Source of the DNA: Candidatus Caenarcanales bacterium
GTDB taxonomy: Bacteria; Cyanobacteriota; Vampirovibrionia; Caenarcaniphilales; Caenarcanaceae
DNA length: 64,000 nt
Assembly: GCA_030065015.1 (NCBI GenBank)
Contig: JASJDU010000021.1
Span: 12,797-76,796 of the forward strand
Direction of reading: 5' to 3'
The notes beneath the pieces are model-generated. The model saw only the letters and a list, made by a program, of their open reading frames with translations. It was not told the origin of the DNA and searched no databases. The translations under genes and the position numbers were made by a program. Positions 45,417 through 54,160 of the stretch are shown piece after piece (the stretch's first letter is position 1; every line of letters starts with the position of its first letter).

Positions 45417-47543
45417 TTAAGCTTTGACTAGTAATTTAATTAAAAGCAAAGCAACTATATTGAGAATCTTAATCATTGGATTGATTGCTGGCCCAGCTGT
45501 ATCTTTGTAAGGATCTCCAACTGTATCACCAGTTACTGCTGCCTTATGAGCTTCAGAACCTTTTCCTCCAAAATTCCCCATCTCAATATATTTTTTTGCA
45601 TTATCCCAGGCTCCACCTCCGGAAGTCATTGCAATCGCAAGAAAAATACCAGTTACAATGCTTCCTACAAGCATTCCTCCAATTACCTTTGCTGAAGCGA
45701 AAGGTTCAATATCATTCAAGAATAACATCCCTATAACTGCAATTACAATCGGTGTTGCAACAGGAAGTATTGCTGGAATAATCATTTGTTTCAAAGCACT
45801 TTGAGTAACAATATCGACACACTTTGCATAATCCGGTTGAGCTTCATGTTCCATAATTCCTTTAATTTCACGGAATTGTCTTCTAACTTCTTCTACGACT
45901 TCTCCTGCCGCTTTGCCTACTGCTTGCATTGCAAAAGCCCCAAATAAATAAGGCAGTAATCCACCAATAAACAATCCAGCAATAATGAATGGATCTCCAA
46001 GATTGAAGGAAATCTCAGCTGTACCTTCTGCACCACCCATTGCTCTTGATAAATCATGAGTGTAGGAAACAAAAAGAACTAAAGCTGCTAAACCTGCAGA
46101 ACCAATTGCATAACCTTTTGTTACTGCTTTTGTCGTATTTCCAACTGCGTCTAATGCGTCAGTTGATTCTCTAACACTCTCAGGCGCTCCAGCCATCTCA
46201 GCAATCCCACCCGCGTTATCAGTTATTGGACCATAGCTATCAAGAGCTACAATCATACCAGCCATACTTAACATTGAAACACCGGCTATCGCAATACCGT
46301 ATATTCCAATCATACCTCCACCGTTCAGCAGGAAAGTACCAACAATTCCTGCAACAATAATTAATACGGGTAAAGCGGTTGCTTCCATGGACACGGCCAA
46401 TCCTGCAATTACATTTGTACCATGGCCACTCTCAGAAGCTTTGGCTATTGATTGAACTGGACGGAAATCGGTTGATGTATAAAATTCTGTGATCCAAACA
46501 ATAGCTGCTGTAATAACTAAACCTATAATTGCTGAAATGAATAAATTAATTGAATTAATCCCCTCTATCCCAACCATTAAGTAGTTAGTTAAAAAGTAAA
46601 AACCAATACAAGAGATTACCGCACTCACAATCAATCCAAAGTATAAAGACTTCATGATTGACTCCTTGTTATTTAATTTCACAAGAAAAACACTTAAACA
46701 GGATGCAACAACGGAGATTGCACCTAGAAACATTGGGTAGGTTACAACTTTCAATGCACCATCATTACCGGAGGGGAGAAGAAGAGAACCTAAAATCATT
46801 GCGGCAATAATTGTTACAACATAAGTCTCAAATAAATCTGCTGCCATTCCCGCACAGTCACCAACGTTATCACCAACATTATCAGCAATAACTGCTGGAT
46901 TTCGAGGATCATCTTCTGGAATCCCTGCTTCTACTTTTCCAACTAAGTCTGCACCAACGTCTGCGGCTTTAGTATATATTCCACCACCCAAACGGGCAAA
47001 TACACTAATCAAGCTTGCCCCAAATCCCAAACTAACCAAAATTTGAACATTAGAATCAAGATTGATTGCTTCAGGAGAAAGAGTTTGAAGCAGTAAAAAG
47101 AAACCCGTTACTGCTAAAAGCGCGAGACTTGCAACCAATAAACCGGTCACAGAACCACCTTTAAAAGCAACGTCAAAAGCCTCTGCAATATTATTTGTTG
47201 CAGCTTGTGCTGTTCTTATATTTGCTCTAACAGAAACCAGCATTCCTATGTAACCGGCAGCTCCACTCAATAATGCTCCGATAATAAAACCAACTGCATT
47301 CAGCCATCCAAGGGTTAAGTAGAGAATTACAGCAAGAACAATCCCTACAATAGATACGACTGTATATTGTCTGTTTAAGAAAGCTAAAGCACCTTCTTGA
47401 ATAGCATTGGCAATTTGATTCATCTTCTCATTGCCAGTTTCTTTGCCAACAACTAGGCTGATTAAAATTGCACCAACTACAATACCAAAAATACAAGCAC
47501 CAATTACCCATAGTAGGCAAGCTGTACTATTTGCTACTTCCAT
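45417..47543 (-). CDS. hppA: Membrane-bound proton-translocating pyrophosphatase (K+-independent type inferred)
   Basis: [49 protein letters not shown] and [13 protein letters not shown] are present, with about 16 TM helices. The GNTTKA motif (Lys rather than Ala) is the published signature of K+-independent enzymes. Confidence 0.96.
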   Translation of the reverse strand: MEVANSTACLLWVIGACIFGIVVGAILISLVVGKETGNEKMNQIANAIQEGALAFLNRQYTVVSIVGIVLAVILYLTLGWLNAVGFIIGALLSGAAGYIGMLVSVRANIRTAQAATNNIAEAFDVAFKGGSVTGLLVASLALLAVTGFFLLLQTLSPEAINLDSNVQILVSLGFGASLISVFARLGGGIYTKAADVGADLVGKVEAGIPEDDPRNPAVIADNVGDNVGDCAGMAADLFETYVVTIIAAMILGSLLLPSGNDGALKVVTYPMFLGAISVVASCLSVFLVKLNNKESIMKSLYFGLIVSAVISCIGFYFLTNYLMVGIEGINSINLFISAIIGLVITAAIVWITEFYTSTDFRPVQSIAKASESGHGTNVIAGLAVSMEATALPVLIIVAGIVGTFLLNGGGMIGIYGIAIAGVSMLSMAGMIVALDSYGPITDNAGGIAEMAGAPESVRESTDALDAVGNTTKAVTKGYAIGSAGLAALVLFVSYTHDLSRAMGGAEGTAEISFNLGDPFIIAGLFIGGLLPYLFGAFAMQAVGKAAGEVVEEVRRQFREIKGIMEHEAQPDYAKCVDIVTQSALKQMIIPAILPVATPIVIAVIGMLFLNDIEPFASAKVIGGMLVGSIVTGIFLAIAMTSGGGAWDNAKKYIEMGNFGGKGSEAHKAAVTGDTVGDPYKDTAGPAINPMIKILNIVALLLIKLLVKA

Positions 47544-47836
47544 TTATTCTTTCTAATAACCTTAATTTTCTACGTAAATGTTTATAAAAACCTTCAATAA
47601 GTTATCATGATTTTTTAACCTTTGGTAAATTGTTACCATTGAAATAGCAACCGTACAATTTTTATTTTTGTCCTCTTCTAGTCCAGAAAAGCGAATACTT
47701 TAATAATTGAACTTTGTACTTGATTTGATGTTTCTTGTCAGCTTTATAATTAAATTAAACACTTCAGAGTTAAAGTACAGAAAATAGAAATAAACATTTA
47801 ATTTAAGTTTAGATGGCTTGAGGAATTTTTTGTTAA

Positions 47837-48337
47837 TTGGAGATAAGTGCCCAAATGATAATAAAAGTGACTAAACCTATTAAAGACTTAAGAACTGAAA
47901 GACGTCTTTTTTACCAAAATAAAACTCATCATATTAGGAGAATGAGAAAGTTGTTTGCTGAGTTAGTCTCTAAGCAGAGTAGCTCGGAAGTACTCAATGG
48001 GATAAAAACGCTTAAAAGTGAATTAAAAAATAACAATAAGCCATTTTCATTAAGTGTTTTATCCGAAAGAATTATTTCTGAGTGGATCACAATTTCAAAT
48101 CCTTATTGCCTAGAACCTTCAATCCTAGACTTAGATCTAGAGAAAATTGGACAATTTACAAGAAGAGAAATAGAAATAGCTCTATCGACAATAGGTAACC
48201 CAAGTTTTGAATACAAAGGATTAAGTAAGTATGCGCAACGTACTAACAAATTCATTAATACGGAGGTTTTCGTTCGACTTGTGAGGTATTTACGACTTGG
48301 GAAGTATGATCCTTTCATTCATAATGAATCTTTATAA
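47837..48337 (+). CDS. Hypothetical protein, first gene of a coupled pair
   Basis: ATG at 47855 is the likely start. The stop TAA (48335-48337) lies 1 nt before the ATG (48339) of the next gene. No motif recognised. Confidence 0.5.
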   Translation: MEISAQMIIKVTKPIKDLRTERRLFYQNKTHHIRRMRKLFAELVSKQSSSEVLNGIKTLKSELKNNNKPFSLSVLSERIISEWITISNPYCLEPSILDLDLEKIGQFTRREIEIALSTIGNPSFEYKGLSKYAQRTNKFINTEVFVRLVRYLRLGKYDPFIHNESL

Positions 48338-49100
48338 AATGCAGCCTATACTTCCATCGAAATTGGCTAGTTTTTCTTATCCGGTAAAAATAAGAAAAGT
48401 AGTTAGTATAAATCGCCAAACGGTAAATACTTGTAGCAGGGGTAAAATCTCAGGTTCAATGACAATTGAATACCCGGTAAATACAAAACAAATCAAAGCA
48501 AAAGTAATTGAGTTAGATAATAAAAATCAAAGACATAAAGAATTGATAGAAGAAACACATTGGACAACTCCCAAATATTTGAAAAATATTAAGGAGATTT
48601 TTTATTCTGGGATAAGTTGTGCCGGTGAACAAAGTTATCAGAGCAAAGTTTTTGCATTAGTGTTGAATCAGGAGGGGAAAGACATTATTGGTGCTTTAGC
48701 CTCAATATTTAGTATTAGACCAGCTCACTTTAGGCCTAAAATAGGCGGAGAGTGTCCTGCAGATTTGTATATTGAATTTCTTGAGGTAAACAAAGATCTT
48801 AAGGAAAAGAATTCATTTCAAGAGTTAGGAAGAGCAATTATAGATGCCATTTGCCATTACTCTGAAAATCGCAACTTTATTTTGTTTGAAGGCATTTCTC
48901 TAGGAAAAAAAGTTTTTTCTGCTATACCAATTAAAAATATATCTGTATATTGCAAAGAAAAGCCTCCTCAAGAATTTTACGAGCATCTTGGTTTTTCCCC
49001 TGTTAAACGTTTTGGAGAAAATTGGTGGATGGTAAGTATAGAGAAGGAAGCAAGACATTCAAATAAAATACTGGGTTTAAAGGAAGAATCAACATTGTAA
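48297..49100 (+). CDS. GNAT-like acetyltransferase-fold protein (probable start ATG 48339)
   Basis: The C-terminal half shows the GNAT pattern: YIEFLEV, an acetyl-CoA motif Q-x-x-G-x-A (FQELGRAIID), and the terminal EFYEHLGF motif. The N-terminal 90 aa or so are unassigned. Confidence 0.5.
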   Translation: MGSMILSFIMNLYKMQPILPSKLASFSYPVKIRKVVSINRQTVNTCSRGKISGSMTIEYPVNTKQIKAKVIELDNKNQRHKELIEETHWTTPKYLKNIKEIFYSGISCAGEQSYQSKVFALVLNQEGKDIIGALASIFSIRPAHFRPKIGGECPADLYIEFLEVNKDLKEKNSFQELGRAIIDAICHYSENRNFILFEGISLGKKVFSAIPIKNISVYCKEKPPQEFYEHLGFSPVKRFGENWWMVSIEKEARHSNKILGLKEESTL

Positions 49101-49302
49101 AGTTGAAATGCAAATGAGCTTGTGGATCAACTGGACTTAATTAAGTTACTTTATTGTTATTCCATAACAATAAAGTATTGAACACGTTATTCTCTGTCAC
49201 TTTATCTAACTTACTGTAGGTTCAAGGATTGAAATGTGTCCTTTCAAGCTCTGCACTTATGTTAGTATTTAAAATCGTCAAAAGTTAAGCTTTCCAAGTT
49301 TT

Positions 49303-49818
49303 GTGACAAATCATTTAATCTCTGGGGAAACAGATCTGTCATTGGATGAACTAGCCAATGAATTTAAAATTATTCAATCTGGGGAGAAGAGAATTTCTAT
49401 AATTGGAACTCGAAATCTATCAATAATTCATCAACAAATAGTAGAAACACTTTCTTGTGCATTAGTGCAAGCAGGAAATACTATTATTACAAGTGGTGGG
49501 GCTAGTGGTGTTAACTTTGCCGCAATAGAAGGTGCTTTAAAAGGAGATCCTTCCAAATTAGAAGTTATTTTGCCACAAACTATTAAGGAACAGCCATTAG
49601 AGGTCCAAGATAAATTAAAGGAAGTAAGACTTGTTACAGAACATACCGATAGAGTGGATATGGACTTCTCGGAGGCGAGTAGAATCTGTTATAACGAAAT
49701 TGTTGATGCAGCTCATCAGCTGATATGTTTTCTATATCATGACAGCAATACATTAGCTAAAGCTGTTGAGTATGCAAAATTCAATCATAAGATTGTTACT
49801 GTCTTTTATCTTGATTAA
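49303..49818 (+). CDS. Stand-alone DprA/Smf-like (SLOG-type Rossmann) domain protein
   Basis: ISIIGTRNLS......LSCALVQAGNTIITSGGASGVNFAAIEGAL parallels the DprA motif GSR..S.YG...A..L...G..IVSG.A.GID..AH..AL. It is only 171 aa and lacks the DprA SAM and winged-helix extensions. GTG start. Confidence 0.6.
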   Translation: MTNHLISGETDLSLDELANEFKIIQSGEKRISIIGTRNLSIIHQQIVETLSCALVQAGNTIITSGGASGVNFAAIEGALKGDPSKLEVILPQTIKEQPLEVQDKLKEVRLVTEHTDRVDMDFSEASRICYNEIVDAAHQLICFLYHDSNTLAKAVEYAKFNHKIVTVFYLD

Positions 49819-49823
49819 TTGCT

Positions 49824-50486
49824 ATGCCTATTAAAGGAGTTAAACCTGTCATTCTTAGAAATGACTTAACAGAAGAAAGATTGGCTATTCACCTAAGCGC
49901 TGGAGGTGACAACTCTTGTTTGGCTGTTGATTGCGAGATGATGGGGCTGAAGCCAGTTAGAGATCGATTGTGCCTAGTTCAGATGTGTGATGAAAATAAG
50001 AATGTAACTTTAGTCCAAATTGGTAGTGAGCAGCAAGAAGCTCCAAATTTAAAAAAACTTTTGGAATCAGAGAAAATAACTAAAGTTTTCCATTTCGGAA
50101 GAGCAGATCTCGCTTTTCTGCGTTTTCAACTTGGAATATTAGTAAAACCATTCTTCTGTACAAAGATAGCAAGCAAAATTGCTAGAACATATACTGAAAA
50201 ACACGGTTTGAGAGAAATAGCCAAAGAATTCATTGGCATAGATCTAAATAAGTTTCAACAATCCAGTGATTGGGGACAAAATAGACTTACACAAGAACAA
50301 ATTGAATATGCTGCTAACGATGTGATTCATTTGCTCGAGATAAAAAATATTTTGGAAGAAATGTTGCAAAGAGAAGACCGAATAGAATTAGCTAAAAGAT
50401 GTTTCGAGCACATCCCTTTGTTAGTGGAGTTGGATTTATTGGAATACAATTTTGTTTTTGAACATAGTTTACCGGCAAAAGGATAA
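49824..50486 (+). CDS. DEDDy-type 3'-5' exonuclease (RNase D-like, single domain)
   Basis: ExoI LAVDCEMMGL (DxE), an ExoII-like FHFGRADLAFL, and ExoIII YAANDVIHL (Yx3D). Confidence 0.85.
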   Translation: MPIKGVKPVILRNDLTEERLAIHLSAGGDNSCLAVDCEMMGLKPVRDRLCLVQMCDENKNVTLVQIGSEQQEAPNLKKLLESEKITKVFHFGRADLAFLRFQLGILVKPFFCTKIASKIARTYTEKHGLREIAKEFIGIDLNKFQQSSDWGQNRLTQEQIEYAANDVIHLLEIKNILEEMLQREDRIELAKRCFEHIPLLVELDLLEYNFVFEHSLPAKG

Positions 50487-50510
50487 GTGAAGATAAATCT
50501 ATCCTTTTAG

Positions 50511-51308
50511 TTGATGTGTATGAATAAGGTAGGAACTAGTCTTTTACAAGCTTTAGAAGTAGACAAAAATGAAATAGTTGCCGATTTAGCAGTTATTTTA
50601 GGATCAGGAATAAAATGTACTTTGTCCTTTGTTTGGTCCAAGACAATAGATTATTCTTCTATAGCAGGATTGCCTCAAATTAATGTCGAAGGCCATACGG
50701 GACAAGTAACTTTTGGGCAATTATCTAATGGTAAAAAACTTCTTGTTTTTGCAGGCAGATTTCACCTCTATGAAGGATATTCAGTCGATGATGTGCAATC
50801 GATTGTAAAATCAATTGGATACTTAGGGGTAAAGAATGTCTTAATTACAAATGCGGCCGGAGGAATTGATGCTTCTCTCAAAGTAACTGATTTAATGTTA
50901 ATAACCGGAATTAAAGATTATCAGTGTGATGGAAACCTTTTTGAAGAAAGAGGACTTTTAAACTGTTTAATAAAAGAGAAGACTTCTATCAATACTCCAT
51001 TAACCAATAATCTAAGAACAAGTAGGCTGAAAGAAGGTACTTATGCTGCTGTTTTGGGTCCCAACTATGAAACTGAGTCAGAAATAAATCTTTTCAGAAT
51101 GCAGAAATGCTCAGCAGTTGGTATGTCTACAAATCTAGAGGTTCAATATTGCCTCGAGAATAATTTGAATGTTGCAGCAATATCGGTTATAACAAACTCC
51201 TGGTTCTCAAAATCAATTCCAACTCATCAAGAAGTTATTCAAAACTCTCAATTAGCTCAAAATAAGTTTGATAATCTTCTTTCAGACTTAGTTCAGAATA
51301 TAGATTAA
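50511..51308 (+). CDS. Purine nucleoside phosphorylase (PNP/MTAP family, PunA-like)
   Basis: GSG...EGHTGQV..G...G...VFAGRFHLYEG, ITNAAGGI, GPNYETESE and VGMSTNLEV are the canonical trimeric PNP motifs. Confidence 0.9.
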   Translation: MMCMNKVGTSLLQALEVDKNEIVADLAVILGSGIKCTLSFVWSKTIDYSSIAGLPQINVEGHTGQVTFGQLSNGKKLLVFAGRFHLYEGYSVDDVQSIVKSIGYLGVKNVLITNAAGGIDASLKVTDLMLITGIKDYQCDGNLFEERGLLNCLIKEKTSINTPLTNNLRTSRLKEGTYAAVLGPNYETESEINLFRMQKCSAVGMSTNLEVQYCLENNLNVAAISVITNSWFSKSIPTHQEVIQNSQLAQNKFDNLLSDLVQNID

Positions 51309-51337
51309 CCGCTATGCAGACCCTTTTGAACCTGATC

Positions 51338-52147
51338 CTAGGCTTTTTGGCCAATGAAACATCTGTGGATACCTTCAATGAATTCATCCATGTTTTTATA
51401 ACGGCTAGGAATTAAACCCATAAACATGTACTTGGATTTAGCAGTCGCTCTTTTAATGAGTTCGGCTGCCCGAGGACTAATGTTTGGATTGTCATTTCTT
51501 GGATCTGCTCCAGGTTCAGGCTGATCTTGAAGAGTTAAAAGTTTGTACATAGTCGCACCCAAACTATAAACGTCACAACTAGCATCCAAAATTCCGTTTA
51601 TTTGTTCTGGTGCTGAATAAAATTCTCTCAACCCAACAGCCTCAAAGCCTGCTCTGGCAATACCAAAATCAATTAAAACCAAATCATTATTGTTATTTAT
51701 AACAATGTTTTCTGGAGCTATATCAGCATGAAATATAGGAATCGGTCTGTCATGTAAGAATCTTAAAATATGAGCAAGTTTCAAAGTCCAGTTTAGAACC
51801 TTTAGTTCTTCAATTGGACTAGCTTGACGGCGTATGAAATCTTTCATATTCTCGCCGGCGATATAATTCATAACAACAAAAAATACGCCATCATTCCAAA
51901 AATAATCTAAGACTTGAACAATATTTGGATGATATAACCCACCAAATATTTGATAGTCATTCTCAATTCCGTATAAATCATCCGGTCCTAGATACATTTG
52001 CTTCATTACGCAAATCTGGTTATTGTTCAATAAATCTTGAACTAGATATATATATCCTTCACCACCTCTTGAAAGAAGACGGATTATACGATATCTCTCG
52101 TTTACAATTTGAAAATTGTCCAAGAGTAAACTTTGGTGAAGCTGCAT
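51338..52147 (-). CDS. Hanks-type Ser/Thr protein kinase, kinase domain only
   Basis: Catalytic loop HADIAPENIVI (HAD instead of HRD), DFGIA, and APE (SAPE). The Gly-rich loop is degenerate (LLSRGGEGYIY), and VMK provides the lysine. No TM segment or sensor domain. Confidence 0.82.
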   Translation of the reverse strand: MQLHQSLLLDNFQIVNERYRIIRLLSRGGEGYIYLVQDLLNNNQICVMKQMYLGPDDLYGIENDYQIFGGLYHPNIVQVLDYFWNDGVFFVVMNYIAGENMKDFIRRQASPIEELKVLNWTLKLAHILRFLHDRPIPIFHADIAPENIVINNNNDLVLIDFGIARAGFEAVGLREFYSAPEQINGILDASCDVYSLGATMYKLLTLQDQPEPGADPRNDNPNISPRAAELIKRATAKSKYMFMGLIPSRYKNMDEFIEGIHRCFIGQKA

Positions 52148-52352
52148 CTATTAATACTTACGAATTATGGACCTTCTTTCATTAATGTACCAAGGGATCT
52201 TTTATCACTAACATTTTTGCCGGATCTTTTTATGAAATTCTTCAACTTATTACCGGTAAAAGGATTGTGTTTTTTATTAATTTAAACCTTTTAAACTCAT
52301 TCATACAGAATAAAGTAATTTCTCTAAATTTAAGAAGCACAGAACATCAGAA

Positions 52353-53291
52353 TTAGTGTTTAGAGAACTTCTCGAGTATTCTCCGGTGAATTTCTTCCAA
52401 AATAGTACTTTTGTTTTCAAAACAATCAAACCAAATGATCTTTTTGTTAGCTTTGAACCAAGTCATCTGCCTTTTAGAGTATTGATTTGTAGCTATTGCA
52501 ATTTTGCTCTTTAACTCTTCTTTGCTTATTTCCTTGTTTAAATAATTAATAGTCTCCGAATATCCTATTGTTTTCTTAAATATTTCAAGTTCTCCATATT
52601 CTTCGATTAACGTTTTAACTTCATCAATTAATCCAGATTTAAGCATTAAGTCAATTCTGTGGCTTATTTTCTCCTTTAAGAAGTTTCTGTTATTTGCTTT
52701 TAATCCAAACCACAAAACTTCCCACTCAAAGTTTTTTTTATTTATTTTTTTATGGAAGTCTTTATTTGAAAAAGCATTTTCTATTTCTAAAGCCCTTATT
52801 ATTCTGTATCTGTCATTGGGGCTCATTCCCCATGTGTGTTCAGGAGTAGAAGTCTCTTTCAACTTGTTGTACAGTTCTTCAGTTGAGAACTTCTCTAAAG
52901 TTTGACGAAAAATGTGATTAGGTTCAACATTAAATACCGGATTCTTTTCTAAAAGACCTTTGAAATAGAAACCAGTACCTCCAACAACCACTGGTGTCTT
53001 TCCTTCTTGAATTATTGATTTTATTAGTGGTTCCGCTTCATTGACGAAACGACCTAGAGAATAGACTTCCTCATTTGGTTCTAAAACATCAATTAAGTGA
53101 TGTTTAATTCCTTTTCTCTCTTTGAGGGTGGGCTTAGCAGTTCCAATATCCATTTTTTTATAGACCAATCTTGAGTCAGCCGATATTATCTCGGATTGTA
53201 GGCATGAAGCCAAGTCTATTGCCAGAGCACTTTTACCCACTGCTGTAGGGCCAACAATTGCAATGATATATTTCTTTGAATTACATTCCAA
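52353..53291 (-). CDS. miaA: tRNA dimethylallyltransferase
   Basis: P-loop GPTAVGKS, plus DSRLVYKKMDIGTAKP, HHLID and VGGTGFYFKGL. Confidence 0.95.
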   Translation of the reverse strand: MECNSKKYIIAIVGPTAVGKSALAIDLASCLQSEIISADSRLVYKKMDIGTAKPTLKERKGIKHHLIDVLEPNEEVYSLGRFVNEAEPLIKSIIQEGKTPVVVGGTGFYFKGLLEKNPVFNVEPNHIFRQTLEKFSTEELYNKLKETSTPEHTWGMSPNDRYRIIRALEIENAFSNKDFHKKINKKNFEWEVLWFGLKANNRNFLKEKISHRIDLMLKSGLIDEVKTLIEEYGELEIFKKTIGYSETINYLNKEISKEELKSKIAIATNQYSKRQMTWFKANKKIIWFDCFENKSTILEEIHRRILEKFSKH

Positions 53292-53295
53292 CGTG

Positions 53296-53970
53296 TTAAC
53301 TAAATTGTTTTTGGTTAATAGAAAGCTTTGTTTGAACTTCCTGGGCTGTTAATTTCCTGAGGAATTTTAACCTATGATGTTCTGTTGGGCCATATTTTAG
53401 TATGGCCTGTCGGTGTTTTATGGTTCCATAACCTGCGTTACTTTCCCAGTCATAATCAGGGAAATCTATCGAAAGTTGTTTCATGTATTGATCTCTTTCA
53501 ACTTTAGCGATTATTGAAGCTGCTGCAATATGGAAAGACATGGAATCACCTCTAACAATTGTCTTTTGCTGATACTTTAAGTCTGGGATTCTTGTTATGC
53601 CGTCAACCAATAAACAGAATTCTTTTCTTTCAGTCTTGGATTTAACCGAGTTTATTGCTCGGTCCATTGCTAAAAGAGTTGCTGATAAAATGCCAATTTG
53701 ATTTATTTCTTCAACTGAAGAGAATCCTATCCCCCAAGTGGATTTATTACGGAGTCTTTCGTTCAATTCAGTTCGTTTCTTCTTTGATAGTTGCTTTGAA
53801 TCCTTAATAGTGAGTGGCCAATCATAATCACTAGACAAAGATTTGAGCTCAACGAAGTGAGATGCTGCTGCAACAACTGGTCCCGCAAGGCTACCTCTGC
53901 CAACCTCATCAACTCCAATTAAATTTGCACCGTCAATGTGTAAATCAAAATCAATTAATGGAGAATACAA
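53296..53970 (-). CDS. rnhB: Ribonuclease HII
   Basis: GVDEVGRGSLAGPVVAAA, DSKQLS and ASIIAKVERD. It lies 4 nt upstream of miaA on the same strand, so the two are probably an operon. Confidence 0.93.
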   Translation of the reverse strand: MYSPLIDFDLHIDGANLIGVDEVGRGSLAGPVVAAASHFVELKSLSSDYDWPLTIKDSKQLSKKKRTELNERLRNKSTWGIGFSSVEEINQIGILSATLLAMDRAINSVKSKTERKEFCLLVDGITRIPDLKYQQKTIVRGDSMSFHIAAASIIAKVERDQYMKQLSIDFPDYDWESNAGYGTIKHRQAILKYGPTEHHRLKFLRKLTAQEVQTKLSINQKQFS

Positions 53971-54160
53971 TATTTTCTAAATAAAACTAAAAAATAATGT
54001 AGCAAGACTAACAAAGAAAATTCTTTGTTAACGAATATATTGGGGACACCCTGCAAGGTCAATACTCTTTGTGTTGGGTGTTGCCCTGAATTTGCAAGAT
54101 TGTTGACTCATTAAAGGCAAATATTGATTAGAACAGTAAATTCTTTAGATCAATAAGGTA

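Noticed and set aside
53990-54160. Locally GC-richer stretch (GGGGACACCC...GGGTGTTGCCC) upstream of 54161 as a riboswitch or sRNA
   Set aside because: Only a short imperfect pairing is present and I could match no known riboswitch consensus. The evidence is insufficient.
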